From a bacterium OM1 bin76 (lineage in GTDB: Bacteria > Actinomycetota > Acidimicrobiia > Spongiisociales > ZC4RG35): a stretch of DNA of 64,000 nucleotides. Positions within the stretch are counted from its first letter, which is position 1, and every line of letters starts with the position of its first letter. Below the pieces are notes generated by a model, which was given only the letters and a program-made list of their open reading frames with translations, was not told the DNA's origin and did not search any database. The stretch lies in contig MPNA01000011.1 in NCBI GenBank assembly GCA_002238785.1, positions 10,304 through 74,303 on the forward strand, written 5' to 3'. The translations under genes were made by a program, and so were the position numbers. This document shows positions 40,061 to 49,780 of the stretch, one piece after another.

Positions 40061-40179
40061 GTGGTTGTTATTCCTTTTGGTATAAGAAAATCTTAGTCTA
40101 CTTATATCAACTTAGGAACCACGGAAGATATTCCCTCGGACAGCGCCATTTGGCTGAATGATCCGGGACCGCAGGTTTG

Positions 40180-40893
40180 CTACCCGTTGATCGCCCTACT
40201 CAGGAACTCGATGATCCAGTTGCGGAGCAACGGGGCTTCAGGGGTGGTCTCCAACGAATCCAGGGCGGTGTCTGCCACATCCGGGGGGATGCTGATACCG
40301 CGCTTCAACTCGATGAGGCCCCTTATGTACGGAATCGGCATCTCGGGGTGCCCCCCGATGCCGAGGACATGATCCCCTATGGCGAACATCGAGACCGGGC
40401 AGTGGTCCGTGGACGCCAGCAGTCGGGAGCCAGGGGGGAGTTTGGTGATCTGGTCCTGATAGGAGACCACCACCTGGAAGGTGTCCCGGCGGGGAACCAT
40501 CCACGCCGCGTCTGCTCTGACATCGGTCTCGGTGACTCCCAGGCCCCAGCCGGCGGCTTGGAGGGTCACCTCACCCCCCAGGGCGTGGGCGATCATCTGG
40601 GCCCCGAAACAAACGCCGACGTGAGGCGCCCTCTCTTCATGCAGGCGGCGGACGAATCCGGCCAGCCAAGCCACCCACGGCTCGCCGTCCGACACCGCAT
40701 GTTTGGAGCCGGTGGAGATCCAGCCGTCACAGTCCGAAGGGTTGTCGGGGTATTCCCCCTTGAGCAGGTCGTAAGCGAGTAGTTCTATCTCCGGGCGTTC
40801 CGAGAAAAAAGCGGTGAACCTGTCCTCCTGGCTGCCGGCTATCGGCAGAAGTCTGGGTAGGACGTGGTCGCAGACCAGCAGCCCGATTCTCAT
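40180..40893 (-). CDS. Class I glutamine amidotransferase-like protein
   Basis: Start moved to MRIGLLVCDHV. Nucleophile elbow VGVCFGAQ. GGHPEMP His region. Confidence 0.8.
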   Translation of the reverse strand: MRIGLLVCDHVLPRLLPIAGSQEDRFTAFFSERPEIELLAYDLLKGEYPDNPSDCDGWISTGSKHAVSDGEPWVAWLAGFVRRLHEERAPHVGVCFGAQMIAHALGGEVTLQAAGWGLGVTETDVRADAAWMVPRRDTFQVVVSYQDQITKLPPGSRLLASTDHCPVSMFAIGDHVLGIGGHPEMPIPYIRGLIELKRGISIPPDVADTALDSLETTPEAPLLRNWIIEFLSRAING

Positions 40894-41072
40894 GACTTCG
40901 GGAGGTGGTCGGACACCATGACGGCCAAGAACCACTGGAACCAGCCCAAAAGACCGAGCCTCTCCGTTACATTGTCAGATTGCTCTTCTCGGGCGAGAGT
41001 CAGAAAGGGCATGACCCCTTAGGTTAATGGCGGCCAGGCGGTTGGTCAGGCTTCTCATTGGGACTGCTGACC

Positions 41073-41540
41073 TTAGGATTGGCAAGCGGCAAGACCACTG
41101 GGATCGGAGAAGACGCCGTTGGCGTACTGCAACTCCCTCACGTAGCAGACAATCAAGTCAACATCCTGATTGGACAGTCCCTCCACCGGGTCCATGACCC
41201 CGAAGTCCCAGTGATGTTGACGCACTCCCTGCCGCACCGCGATGTGAAAGCTGACATCCGCATGGTGACCGGGTTCGTAGATGATGTGCACCAGCGGTGG
41301 GCCCTCTGATGAACCCGCTGCATTTGTCCCGTGACACTCCGAGCAATTGGCAGTGAACACTTCCCTGCCTTGAAGAGCAGTCTCCGACAGGTCCGGCGCC
41401 GTCACGGTGGCGATTTGAGGGTCGCTCTCCCCTGTGGCTCCGTATTCAGATTCACTGTCCTCTCCACACCCTATAGCCAGAAAGCAGACCAACCCGGCGA
41501 CCAGTGGCCACCTGAGCCGGGGCCTGCGGCTACCCATCAT
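41073..41540 (-). CDS. Class I c-type cytochrome, predicted lipoprotein
   Basis: Lipobox LAIGC. Haem motif CSECH. 155 aa. Confidence 0.8.
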   Translation of the reverse strand: MMGSRRPRLRWPLVAGLVCFLAIGCGEDSESEYGATGESDPQIATVTAPDLSETALQGREVFTANCSECHGTNAAGSSEGPPLVHIIYEPGHHADVSFHIAVRQGVRQHHWDFGVMDPVEGLSNQDVDLIVCYVRELQYANGVFSDPSGLAACQS

Positions 41541-41670
41541 CTTCTGAACGCCCTGGGTCTTGGCGCTTCTTCAAGTCTGCTCGCTGCCTGAAGAATTTGA
41601 CTATCCCGTAGATGACCATGATGACGCCGATCCCTACGGAGATAAAGCTCAACTGGCTGGCAAGCTCCAT
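41530..41670 (-). CDS. Possible 46-aa single-TM micro-protein upstream of cytochrome c
   Basis: Hand translation: MELASQLSFISVGIGVIMVIYGIVKFFRQRADLKKRQDPGRSEDDG. AGAGGAA-like RBS. Its stop overlaps the cytochrome c start. Below the ORF-track cutoff. Confidence 0.3.
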   Translation of the reverse strand: MELASQLSFISVGIGVIMVIYGIVKFFRQRADLKKRQDPGRSEDDG

Positions 41671-41705
41671 CTGCTGATTCCTCTGGGTGGGGGTCGGAAC
41701 GAATT

Positions 41706-42797
41706 CTAGGGAAATTGTTGGACATTGTCATGACCGCCAGTCACAACTTGTGAAAAGCCTGGTCCCAGGGGTCTCTCCAACTGGTCCATGGTGCATTCGA
41801 GGGCAGGTTTGTCGGGTCTCCACCGGTGGAAACGGGTGGCGTGGCGGAACCGGTTGTTCTGCAACTGGTCGTAGCTGATCTCGATCACCACTCCCGGTTG
41901 GACCGGCGTCCATTCCTTGCTCTTGGCAGTCGACCAGCGGCTCTGCGCGCCTGGGGCCCGCGCCTCGGCATCGAAGGAGTCAGGTGACCGCAGACTCTCG
42001 AACATGGTGAGCATCTCGGTCCGGTCGGCGTCGGGAAATCCCGAGCAGTGACCGATGAAGTGCAACGACCCCTCGTCGTTGTAGAGGCCTAAGAGCAGCG
42101 AACCGATCTTGTCGCCATCCTTGTGGACGCGATATCCCCCCACCACGCAATCCACATGGCGGCGGTGCTTGATCTTGATCATCTTTCTCTTGCCGCTCAC
42201 GTACCCCTCGTCAAGGCTTTTGGCCACCACCCCGTCGCATCCCGCCGCCTCGTACTCATAGAACCAGCGTTGTGCCACCGAGAGGTCGGTGGTGGTGGGA
42301 GTCAGGTTCCAAGGAGAAGCCAGTCCAATCGCCAGTTTCTCCAGTTGTTGCCGCCTTGCGGAGAAGGGCAGGGACCGCAGATCCTCCCCTTCGACGGCCA
42401 GAAGGTCAAAGGCCACCAGTTGGGCCGGAATCTCCTCCGACAAGCGCTCGATGCGACTGCGGGCGGGATGGATGCGCATCTGGAGAGCATCGAAGTGAGT
42501 GACATCGTCGTATACGACCACTACCTCACCGTCCACCACCGTTCCCGCCGGCAGTTGCTCCAACGCGGCATGGAGTTCGGGAAAATAGCGGAGCAGCGGG
42601 CGTTGGTTGCGGGAATCGAGGCGGGGCTCCGGTCGGCTCCAGGCAAGGATCCGGAAACCGTCCCACTTGGGCTCGTAGGCGTAAGAACCTCTTGGCCACC
42701 GCTCCCAAACGCGAGCTTCCATGGTGGCCAGGGGAGGGGCGAAGGGCCAAGACGTCATGTATTCCGAGATTACGCCGGCCTGCATGTGAACCGGCAA
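41706..42797 (-). CDS. ATP-dependent DNA ligase (LigC-like)
   Basis: Adenylation motif I EPKWDGFR. Ligase motifs further on (DGEVVV, LLLGLY, KIKHRR). Exact start uncertain. Confidence 0.85.
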   Translation of the reverse strand: MPVHMQAGVISEYMTSWPFAPPLATMEARVWERWPRGSYAYEPKWDGFRILAWSRPEPRLDSRNQRPLLRYFPELHAALEQLPAGTVVDGEVVVVYDDVTHFDALQMRIHPARSRIERLSEEIPAQLVAFDLLAVEGEDLRSLPFSARRQQLEKLAIGLASPWNLTPTTTDLSVAQRWFYEYEAAGCDGVVAKSLDEGYVSGKRKMIKIKHRRHVDCVVGGYRVHKDGDKIGSLLLGLYNDEGSLHFIGHCSGFPDADRTEMLTMFESLRSPDSFDAEARAPGAQSRWSTAKSKEWTPVQPGVVIEISYDQLQNNRFRHATRFHRWRPDKPALECTMDQLERPLGPGFSQVVTGGHDNVQQFP

Positions 42798-42817
42798 TCA
42801 CTATCGTCTGGCAGTGC

Positions 42818-43033
42818 CTATGACAACATGGAGACCAGGCTCCATGTCACCATCAGGATCCCTGCTGCCATCATGAATGCGGCCCGTTTAGGGCGAAAAC
42901 CCCCTCTCTGGCCGGGGGGAGGTTGTCCTTTGAGATGCCGGAAGGTGGCCCAGGCGTTCCCGGCCAGCAATGCCAGTCCGATGGCTAGGATCATCTGTGT
43001 AACCAGGATGTCTAGTCCAAGTATCTCCGCCAT
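42818..43033 (-). CDS. Small two-TM membrane protein, hypothetical
   Basis: Start at MAEILGL with a GGGAGAA RBS about 6 nt upstream. Two hydrophobic helices separated by a basic loop. Confidence 0.4.
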   Translation of the reverse strand: MAEILGLDILVTQMILAIGLALLAGNAWATFRHLKGQPPPGQRGGFRPKRAAFMMAAGILMVTWSLVSMLS

Positions 43034-43095
43034 GAGTGTTCTCCCACTACTCGATTCGTCCACCATGATGGTATGTCCATCCCTGGCGAGTTGAA

Positions 43096-43875
43096 ATGGC
43101 CCGCCCTGCGCAAGTTCTGAGGGTGTTCACCGATGGAGCCACCGGTGGGAATCACCTGGGAGTGGTCGCAGACACCGTAAACCTGGACGCCGAGCGCATG
43201 CAGGCCATTGCCACCGAACTGGGGTTCAGCGAAACAGTGTTCATTGATTGGGAGGTTGGCGCCCCACCACATGTCCGCATATTCACACCTGTGTCGGAGT
43301 TGCCTTTTGCCGGACATCCACTGGTGGGAGCTGCCTGGTTGTTGCTCCGCGCCGGTCCGGGCGGAGTGGACCGGGTGACCTGCGGAGTGGGAGAGGTGAC
43401 CATCTCCGCCGATGGCTCCATGGTTTGGATCGAGCCCCCTTTCGCTCAGCCCGTCAGGACCCAACACGATCCGCCGACCCTCGGCTGGTGTTCTCCCATT
43501 CGGGCCTGGGAAGTGGAAATGCCGCTTCCTTATTCGGTCTGGCAAATGGACTCCCCCGAAATGGTCGGCGCCCTGGGGCCGCCACCCTCCGACTTGGGGA
43601 TGACGCTGGCGTGGGCATGGGAGTCCTCACCGGACCGTGTGAAGGCCCGTTTCTTCGCTCCCAGCATGGGAGTTGTGGAGGATCCCGCCACCGGCAGCGC
43701 GGCGGTTGCCTTGGCGGCGGTGCTATGTTCAGACGGAATGGCGGCGGGTAGTGTCCAGATTTCCCAAGGAATGGAAATAGGCTGGCCGTCGTTGATATAC
43801 CTGAGTTGGGAAGGAAGTCGGTGCCGGGTGGGGGGAACGGTTGTTAGAGATGGGGTCAGGGAGATGAAGTGGTAA
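43096..43875 (+). CDS. PhzF-family isomerase-like protein
   Basis: RVFTDGATGGNHLGVV...LGFSETVF...FAGHPLVGAAW pattern. Confidence 0.85.
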   Translation: MARPAQVLRVFTDGATGGNHLGVVADTVNLDAERMQAIATELGFSETVFIDWEVGAPPHVRIFTPVSELPFAGHPLVGAAWLLLRAGPGGVDRVTCGVGEVTISADGSMVWIEPPFAQPVRTQHDPPTLGWCSPIRAWEVEMPLPYSVWQMDSPEMVGALGPPPSDLGMTLAWAWESSPDRVKARFFAPSMGVVEDPATGSAAVALAAVLCSDGMAAGSVQISQGMEIGWPSLIYLSWEGSRCRVGGTVVRDGVREMKW

Positions 43876-43932
43876 CCGTGGTTATCTCGCCAACCTCGGC
43901 AATGCGGCTGAGAAAAGGTAGGTCAACGGACC

Positions 43933-44847
43933 GTGGCTAGCGGAGGATCACGACTGGCGGTGATCGCCGCTCTGGTGGCGAACTCCACCATAGCCGTTGC
44001 CAAGCTGTTTGCCTTCGTGATCACCGGTTCGGCCGCCATGCTGGCGGAAGCCATTCACTCGGTGGCAGACTCCTCCAACCAAGGCATGCTTCTGTACGGA
44101 TCGAAAGCCGCCCGGGAACCGGCCGATATCACCCATCCATTCGGCAGGGGCAAGGAGGTGTACTTCTGGAGCTTCCTGGTGGCGGTGATGCTGTTCTTCG
44201 GAGGGGGAGTCTGGGCCTTCTTGCACGGTTGGGAGGCGATCAGCCATGCCGAGCCGCTTGGAAACCTCACCGCCAGCTTTGTCGTCTTGGGGTTCGCGTT
44301 GGTGTTGGAATCGATCAGTTTTGGGGTGGCCCTTCGCGAGTTCAATCGTCATCGGGGCGCTACTTCGATGTGGCAGGCGGTGAGGGAATCCAAGGATGCT
44401 TCTTTGATTGTGATTCTCCTGGAGGACACCGCCGCCATGTTGGGTTTGATCTTTGCTCTGGTGGGCACCACTGCTGCTTGGGCCACGGGGGACTCCCGTT
44501 GGGATGGGGCGGCATCGCTGCTGATCGGGGTCATGCTGGCCGTGGTGGCGGTGTTGCTGGCCTTCGAAATCAAAGCCCTGCTGATAGGCGAGGCGGCAGG
44601 TCGACGTGACCGGATGCTGATCCGGGCGGCGCTTCTGGGAATGGACGAGGTTGCCGCGGTGGGGCGACTTCTCACCATGCACATGGGACCTGACGACCTG
44701 CTGGTCAATGTGGAGGTTGATTTTGTGGAATCACTTGCCGCCGCAGAGATTCCCGACACTATCGCCAAGGCGGAAGAGGTGATCAGAGGTCACATTCCCG
44801 GCGCGGGGAACATCTTCGTGGAACCCTATGACCAAGATCAAGGCTGA
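43933..44847 (+). CDS. Cation diffusion facilitator (CDF) family transporter
   Basis: GTG start. TM1-2 with LAEAIHSVADS metal-site motif. Cytoplasmic C-domain. Confidence 0.9.
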   Translation: MASGGSRLAVIAALVANSTIAVAKLFAFVITGSAAMLAEAIHSVADSSNQGMLLYGSKAAREPADITHPFGRGKEVYFWSFLVAVMLFFGGGVWAFLHGWEAISHAEPLGNLTASFVVLGFALVLESISFGVALREFNRHRGATSMWQAVRESKDASLIVILLEDTAAMLGLIFALVGTTAAWATGDSRWDGAASLLIGVMLAVVAVLLAFEIKALLIGEAAGRRDRMLIRAALLGMDEVAAVGRLLTMHMGPDDLLVNVEVDFVESLAAAEIPDTIAKAEEVIRGHIPGAGNIFVEPYDQDQG

Positions 44848-45691
44848 AGCATCGGCGCCGGCTTCCTCGGCCAACCTGGGTCCCGGATTTGACTGTTTGG
44901 CTGTGGCGCTGGAGATCAGGTGCCGGGTGAAGGCTCGACGCGCTGAAAAGTGGGTGGTGGAACATGTCGGTGCTCACACCCCTCCTCGAGGATCTTCGGA
45001 CGCGGTGCTCGATGGAGCACGGTCGGCGGTGGGGATCGAGCATCCGCTCAGCATGGAGGTGGACAATCAGATCCCGATTGGCAGCGGTCTGGGTTCATCC
45101 GCTGCTGCCTACGCGGCCGGCATGGCTGCCGCATCTCGCTGTATGGAAGAACCCGTCGACTTCGACCAGGTTTTTCACAGGGTGGCGGCACTCGAAGGCC
45201 ATCCCGACAACGCTGCAGCCACGGTTTTCGGCGGCCTGGTGCTCGTCGGGGCTGAGGGCAGTGTGCACCGGCTCCGATTGAACCAGAGGTTTGGGATCTT
45301 GGTGTTGGTGCCCACCTTCCGGCTGTTCACCAGTGAGTCTCGAAGGGTTGTGGCGGGGACCTTCGACCTGCGAACGGTGATCGGCAGCCTCTCCAGGATG
45401 GGTTCTTTGGTGGTGGGACTGACCACCGGGAGGTCTGACATGCTGAGTTCGGCCCTGGGGGACCAGATTCACGAATCCAGCCGGAACCGATTACAGCCCC
45501 TGGTGGGGGACTTCATCGACGCGGCACTGGGAGCGGGAGCGGTCTATGCCGCCTGGTCGGGGAGCGGCCCTTCGGTTCTGGTGCTCACCGAGTCCGGGGA
45601 GACCGACAAAGTGGCCCTTGGGATCCAGTCGGCCATGGGTTCTCAAGTCGAGATACTCCGTCCAGGTGTGGCCCGCCAGGGTGTGATCTGA
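44828..45691 (+). CDS. thrB: Homoserine kinase
   Basis: APASSANLGPGFD N-terminus and GHMP motif PIGSGLGSSAAA. Confidence 0.9.
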   Translation: MTKIKAEASAPASSANLGPGFDCLAVALEIRCRVKARRAEKWVVEHVGAHTPPRGSSDAVLDGARSAVGIEHPLSMEVDNQIPIGSGLGSSAAAYAAGMAAASRCMEEPVDFDQVFHRVAALEGHPDNAAATVFGGLVLVGAEGSVHRLRLNQRFGILVLVPTFRLFTSESRRVVAGTFDLRTVIGSLSRMGSLVVGLTTGRSDMLSSALGDQIHESSRNRLQPLVGDFIDAALGAGAVYAAWSGSGPSVLVLTESGETDKVALGIQSAMGSQVEILRPGVARQGVI

Positions 45692-45862
45692 TCAGAGCCA
45701 CGAAGAGAGCCTGCCAATCAATTCGTCGTTCCGTGGCGCACGGTCGAAGAAATGTGCGGTCTGGTTTCCCCAAGTTCCCGTGGCGTGGTACCCTCCGGAA
45801 GGTCCCCGTCGGCCAGGGTGGGCTGATGGGGACCTTCAGATCGGCCAACGAGAAAGCCAACT

Positions 45863-45955
45863 ATGGGTTCGCTTGTCAAGAAGCGTCGCAGAAAAATGTC
45901 CAAGCACAAATATCGTAAGCGGCGCAAGGCGAATCGTCATAAGAACAAGAAGTAG
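45863..45955 (+). CDS. 30-aa ribosomal protein bS22-like micro-protein
   Basis: Hand translation MGSLVKKRRRKMSKHKYRKRRKANRHKNKK matches the MGSVIKKRRKRM... pattern of actinobacterial bS22. Absent from the ORF track. Confidence 0.8.
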   Translation: MGSLVKKRRRKMSKHKYRKRRKANRHKNKK

Positions 45956-46027
45956 TTCTCAGCATTGACTGCGGGGCCGCTGTGCTTACACATTCGAGTA
46001 TTCGTCCTAGCTGAGAGAGGCTAGACA

Positions 46028-47215
46028 ATGGTGCCCGATCCTCTCGATTTTCTGGATACGGCCGGTTTGCTTTCGGACTCCGAGCGACTGGTGGCCCAAA
46101 CGGTGCGGGAGTTCGTAACAAGCCAGGTCCTGGGCGAGATAGGCGAGTGGTGGGAGGCTGGAGAGCTTCCCTTGGGCCTCGTTCCTGAAATGGCTCGCAT
46201 GGGGATGTTCGGCATGCATCTGGAGGGATACGGGTGTGCGGGTATGGGTGCGGTCGAATACGGGATGGCTGCCCTGGAGTTGGAGGCTGGGGACTCGGGC
46301 CTGCGCAGTTTCGTGTCGGTGCAAGGTTCTCTGTGTATGTTCCCCATCCACCAGTACGGATCCGAGGAACAAAAGCAGGAATGGCTTCCCCGTATGGCCA
46401 GGGGGGAGGTGATCGGGTGCTTCGGTTTGACCGAACCCGACGCCGGGAGCGATCCGGGTTCGATGCGTACCACCGCCCGACGTGCTGGTGGCGATTGGAT
46501 TATCGACGGAACCAAGGCCTGGATCACCAACGGTGGCATCGCAGACCTGGCGGTGATCTGGGCAAAGACCTCCGAAGGCGTGCGCGGATTCCTGGTTCCC
46601 ACTGATGCCCCTGGATTCGAGGCGCATCCCATCGAGCGCAAGGTCAGCATGCGAGCTTCGGTCACTTCCGCTTTGGTACTGGATGGAGTACGTCTTCCCG
46701 AAGAAATGATGTTGCCGGGGGTGGCTTCCATGAGAGGGCCCCTTTCCTGCCTGACCGAGGCGCGGTTGGGGATTGTGTTCGGGGCCATGGGGGCGGCTCG
46801 CGCCTGCTATGAAGCGGCGCTTCACTACGCCTCCGAACGCCGACAGTTCGGTGTGTCCATCTCCTCCTTCCAGTTGACACAGGCCAAGTTGGTGGAGATG
46901 ATGGTGGCTGTCCAGCGGGGCACTCTGCTGGCCATCCGGATCGGCCGGTTGCGGGAGGAGGGAAAGCTCACTCCTGAACAGGTCTCGATGGGGAAGTACA
47001 ACAATGTGGGAGATGCGCTGGCGGTGGCTCGAACCGCCCGCAGCGTCCTGGGCGCCAACGGGATCACCCTCGATTACCCCATCATGCGGCACATGGCGAA
47101 TCTGGAGACGGTGTACACCTACGAGGGAACCCACGACATACACACCTTGATCCTGGGCCATGCCCTCACCGGGGTTCCCGCCTTCCGGGCGCCGGGTCCG
47201 GCGGGAAGGAGTTGA
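46028..47215 (+). CDS. Acyl-CoA dehydrogenase (glutaryl-CoA dehydrogenase-like)
   Basis: GCFGLTEPDAGSDPGSM and the C-terminal YEGTHDIHTL motif. Confidence 0.9.
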   Translation: MVPDPLDFLDTAGLLSDSERLVAQTVREFVTSQVLGEIGEWWEAGELPLGLVPEMARMGMFGMHLEGYGCAGMGAVEYGMAALELEAGDSGLRSFVSVQGSLCMFPIHQYGSEEQKQEWLPRMARGEVIGCFGLTEPDAGSDPGSMRTTARRAGGDWIIDGTKAWITNGGIADLAVIWAKTSEGVRGFLVPTDAPGFEAHPIERKVSMRASVTSALVLDGVRLPEEMMLPGVASMRGPLSCLTEARLGIVFGAMGAARACYEAALHYASERRQFGVSISSFQLTQAKLVEMMVAVQRGTLLAIRIGRLREEGKLTPEQVSMGKYNNVGDALAVARTARSVLGANGITLDYPIMRHMANLETVYTYEGTHDIHTLILGHALTGVPAFRAPGPAGRS

Positions 47216-47219
47216 TTTA

Positions 47220-47684
47220 GTGAGTGACCAGTCAATCAGCGTGGCGGAGTTGATGGAGAGGGTGGGAAGCGAGATCGGAGTCTCCGACTGGTTCGCAGTG
47301 ACCCAGGACCGGATCAACGACTTTGCCGACGCCACCCTGGATCATCAGTTCATCCATGTGGATCCGGCCCGGGCCGCCGCCGAGTCGCCCTTCGGGGTCA
47401 CCATTGCCCACGGTTTCCTGACGCTTTCCCTGTTACCCCATCTGGGGTCGGGAGTAAAGGTGCTACCGAAGGGGACCAAGGTTGAGATCAACTACGGGAC
47501 TGAAAAGGTGCGGTTTCTTGCTCCGGTGCCAGTCAACAGCCAGATTCGCGCTCGAGCCACCCTGGCTGACGTCACTGAGCGCCGACCCGGCCAGTTTCTG
47601 ATCAAGAAGACCGTCACCGTGGAAATCAAAGGCGCCGATCGTCCCGCCCTGGTTGCTGAAACTCTGACTCTGGCCATCACCTGA
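47220..47684 (+). CDS. MaoC-like (R)-hydratase hot-dog fold protein
   Basis: GTG start after a GGAAGGAG RBS. DFADATLDHQFIHVDPARA hydratase motif. Confidence 0.85.
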   Translation: MSDQSISVAELMERVGSEIGVSDWFAVTQDRINDFADATLDHQFIHVDPARAAAESPFGVTIAHGFLTLSLLPHLGSGVKVLPKGTKVEINYGTEKVRFLAPVPVNSQIRARATLADVTERRPGQFLIKKTVTVEIKGADRPALVAETLTLAIT

Positions 47685-47691
47685 CGCCGGG

Positions 47692-47710
47692 GCGGTCCTT
47701 AGAGGACCGC
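47692..47710. terminator. Short stem-loop between convergent genes
   Basis: GCGGTCC-TTAGA-GGACCGC (7-bp stem). No U-tract. Confidence 0.35.
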
Positions 47711-47727
47711 GGGTGAGATACTCTGAT

Positions 47728-49683
47728 TCAGGTAGGTTCCTCCGCTTCCCGGGTTGCATGCCTAGAGCTTGATGCTGTCCCAAGGTGGTGGTCGTGCCAG
47801 GCGAGAATCTGCTCGAAACGTTCCACGCGGTGGCGGGGCGCTCCGCTTCGGCTCAATTCGTGTCCCTCGTCGGGGAAGCGAAGCATCTCAACCTCGACGC
47901 CATTGCGCAGCAGAGCCGTGAAGAACTGTTCCGCTTGGCCGATAGGGCAACGCAGGTCGTTCTCGGAGTGGATGATAAGAGTGGGTGTGGTGACACGTCC
48001 GGCCGAGGCGAGTGGGCTGGCCTCCCACAACGCCTCATGGTCGTCGGCAGTGGCCGGGTGCAGATACAGCCCCGAGAAGTCGCGATTGATGTCCGAGGTC
48101 CCCCCAAAGGACTCCCAGTCAATCAGGGCCCGTTCCACGATCGCCGATTGGTAGCGACCGTCACGAGCGATTGCCCAAGCTGTGAGGAATCCTCCATAGG
48201 AGCCTCCCATGATCCCGACACGGGACGGATCAAGGCGTGCGTCCCGCCCGATGGCCTCGTCGATTACCGCGGTGATGTCCTCCATGTCCACCACGCCCCA
48301 GCCCGGGCCTGTCACGGCGCGCAGCCACTCCAGGCCTCGTCCCTCCGACCCGCGGGGGTTGGCGGCGACTACCGCGTAACCCGCTGAAACGTAGATTTGG
48401 AACTCGTCGAAGAAGTAGTAGCCGTACTCCGAAGCGGGGCCTCCGTGGATGTTGAGGAGCACCGGGAAGGGTCCATCCCCTTCAGGCACGAACACCCATG
48501 TGTCCACATCAACTCCCGGCGCACTTTCGGTTTGGAAGAACCCGGGACGCACCAACCCACCGCCTGAGCGGATCTTCTTGTTGAACTGGGTAAGGCGTCG
48601 TTCCTCTCCATTTGGGGTTCGTTCGTAAAGCTCCCCCGGGCAGGTGGGATCGGTCGCAGTGAAGGCCAACCGTCCCGAGGACGCCTTTGACAACCCGGTG
48701 ATATACCGGTCTCCATCCAGCACGGTCGAAGGGTTCCCTTCGCTGTCGAACTCCACAATGTGACCTCGGCCTCGGTCCAGCACGCTGCATAGGAATCCGT
48801 CATCCAGCCAGATGGGTGTCTCCAGGGCGGATGGGACCGCTAGACCGTTTATGCTGCGATCGATGTGACCGGTGAGGTCCACGGGAGGTTCGCCAAGGCG
48901 CCACAGGGAGAATACGTAAGGGTAATCGGGGGTGGGGCCGCCTATCCCGTAGAGGGCTCCGGAGGGGTCGTAATCGGTGAGGTAGTAGCCGGACCGCCGG
49001 GCATGCAGCGTCTCGGCGCCGCTTGCGAGGTCCACCTCCACCACTTCGATCCCCTCCTCGAGTAGCCGCGGGTTGTCACGGTGGGTGACCATGGCCACCC
49101 TGGCGCCGTCCGGAGACCATGCCAAACCCGACTCGCTCTCCGCGGAACTCCCTACTCTCGAGGGTTCCGTCTCACCGGAGGGGTCCACCACATAGGCGTA
49201 GCCACGCCGGTCATGCAGCCAACCCTGGTTGTCCAGTCGGGCTTCGAAACCGGTGATGCGCCGGGGACGTCGTGCTCGTTCGTCCTTGTCGAGTTCTGCC
49301 CATTCTCCGAACCACTCCGTCGCCACCACCATCAGGCGTGATCCGTCAGGAGACCAGACCGGCGCCCGCGCCCCGAGTTCGAATGAGGTGACCACTCGTG
49401 CCTCTCCGCCGTCGGAGGGCATGATTGCCAGTTGTTGTGGGTCGGTGCGCTCCGTTCCCTTTCTCAGGAAGGCCAGGTACCTGCCGTCCGGCGACCAGCG
49501 GGGCGCCGAATCACCGGATCCGAAAGTCAATTGCCGTGCCTCACCGTCCCACATCCACAAGGACGAGCGGTAGCGATCGTCGTCCAGATCGATGGTGGTT
49601 ACCACAAACGCGATCCGCTGGCCGTCCGGATGGATCTGAGGATCGGACACAGAAGTGATGAGGGCGAGATCAGCAGGCTGCAT
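47728..49683 (-). CDS. S9-family serine peptidase (prolyl oligopeptidase/acylaminoacyl peptidase-like)
   Basis: Beta-propeller N-half (repeated SPDG motifs). Nucleophile GGSYGGF. C-terminal D and H region (HSENDLRC, EGHEL). Confidence 0.9.
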   Translation of the reverse strand: MQPADLALITSVSDPQIHPDGQRIAFVVTTIDLDDDRYRSSLWMWDGEARQLTFGSGDSAPRWSPDGRYLAFLRKGTERTDPQQLAIMPSDGGEARVVTSFELGARAPVWSPDGSRLMVVATEWFGEWAELDKDERARRPRRITGFEARLDNQGWLHDRRGYAYVVDPSGETEPSRVGSSAESESGLAWSPDGARVAMVTHRDNPRLLEEGIEVVEVDLASGAETLHARRSGYYLTDYDPSGALYGIGGPTPDYPYVFSLWRLGEPPVDLTGHIDRSINGLAVPSALETPIWLDDGFLCSVLDRGRGHIVEFDSEGNPSTVLDGDRYITGLSKASSGRLAFTATDPTCPGELYERTPNGEERRLTQFNKKIRSGGGLVRPGFFQTESAPGVDVDTWVFVPEGDGPFPVLLNIHGGPASEYGYYFFDEFQIYVSAGYAVVAANPRGSEGRGLEWLRAVTGPGWGVVDMEDITAVIDEAIGRDARLDPSRVGIMGGSYGGFLTAWAIARDGRYQSAIVERALIDWESFGGTSDINRDFSGLYLHPATADDHEALWEASPLASAGRVTTPTLIIHSENDLRCPIGQAEQFFTALLRNGVEVEMLRFPDEGHELSRSGAPRHRVERFEQILAWHDHHLGTASSSRHATREAEEPT

Positions 49684-49780
49684 TCATCCGAGCGTAGCGG
49701 GATTTGGAAGGTGTCACTCCGCCAATTCTTAGCTCAAACAGGAACCGCCATCACCGCGGCCGGCCAGGGTGTAGCTGACG

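Noticed and set aside
40061-40179. Possible HspR (HAIR) or HrcA (CIRCE) operator upstream of clpB
   Set aside because: The AT-rich leader contains only direct CTTAG repeats (CTTAGTCTACTTATATCAACTTAGG). I could not find the inverted CTTGAGT-N7-ACTCAAG motif or the TTAGCACTC-N9-GAGTGCTAA motif.
41537-41731. Tracked 64-aa minus-strand ORF upstream of cytochrome c
   Set aside because: It has an Arg/His/Pro-rich composition with no hydrophobic core. An alternative 46-codon TM micro-ORF in another frame fits the context better, though it is still low confidence.
46007-47335. 442-aa minus-strand ORF
   Set aside because: It is antisense to the acyl-CoA dehydrogenase and MaoC genes, both of which have clear family motifs. 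It is an artefact.
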